From Harriotta raleighana (Eukaryota): 64,000 nt of DNA. Shown here one piece after another: positions 63,764 to 64,000 of this stretch. The notes under the pieces were generated by a model. The model had not been told where the DNA came from, did not search any database, and saw nothing but the letters and a program-made list of their open reading frames with translations. The stretch lies in NCBI GenBank assembly GCA_050575255.1, contig JBNZDD010013669.1:1012116-1076115 (forward strand). Reading direction: 5' to 3'. Position 1 is the stretch's first letter. Each line of letters opens with the position of its first letter. Made by a program: the position numbers and the translations under genes.

Positions 63764-64000
63764 ATTATCTAGACTTGGGTATAGGGAGTACCATTTCGAA
63801 GTTTGCAGATGACACAAAGTTAGGAAAAATAGTAAATAGTGAGGAGGATAGAAGCCATTTGCAAGAAGATATAGACCGAATGGTAAAATGGGCAGACATG
63901 TAACAGATGAAGTTTAATGTAGAGAAATGTGAGGTGATGCATTTTGGGAGGAGAAATGAGGGGAGGCAATATAGGCTAGGTAGTACAATTTTAAGGGATA
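63764..64000 (+). mobile_element. CR1 LINE reverse transcriptase fragment (inactivated; runs off the window)
   Basis: YLDLGIGSTISKFADDTKLG..LQEDIDRMVKWADM*QMKFNVEKCEVMHFG: FADD catalytic motif with an in-frame stop at the conserved Trp. Confidence 0.95.

Overview
This is AT-rich, CpG-depleted vertebrate non-coding DNA, not a prokaryotic locus. The repeat set (tRNA-headed Deu-domain SINEs with an L2-type tail, L2 and CR1 LINE remnants, TA-flanked Tigger/pogo-like MITEs, Penelope-type pseudo-LTR fragments) points to a cartilaginous fish, probably a chimaera. That assignment is my inference. No intact protein-coding gene is visible; the only recognisable protein sequence is decayed LINE ORF2 (50686-51577, 60397-60981, 63764-64000). 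The window looks like a large intron or gene desert, with several repeat-free blocks that resemble conserved enhancers and a few weak + strand exon candidates. The most distinctive feature is a 229-bp fold-back insertion (1520-1748) flanked by a 13-bp direct repeat. It carries a minimal hammerhead ribozyme motif, and decayed relatives occur at 11443 and 45046. An unexplained CpG-retaining segment (42494-43270) has a perfect 39-bp inverted repeat. Many apparent tandem duplications sit across a single N and are probably assembly artefacts. All coordinates were read by eye, repeat boundaries are approximate and family names are unverified.
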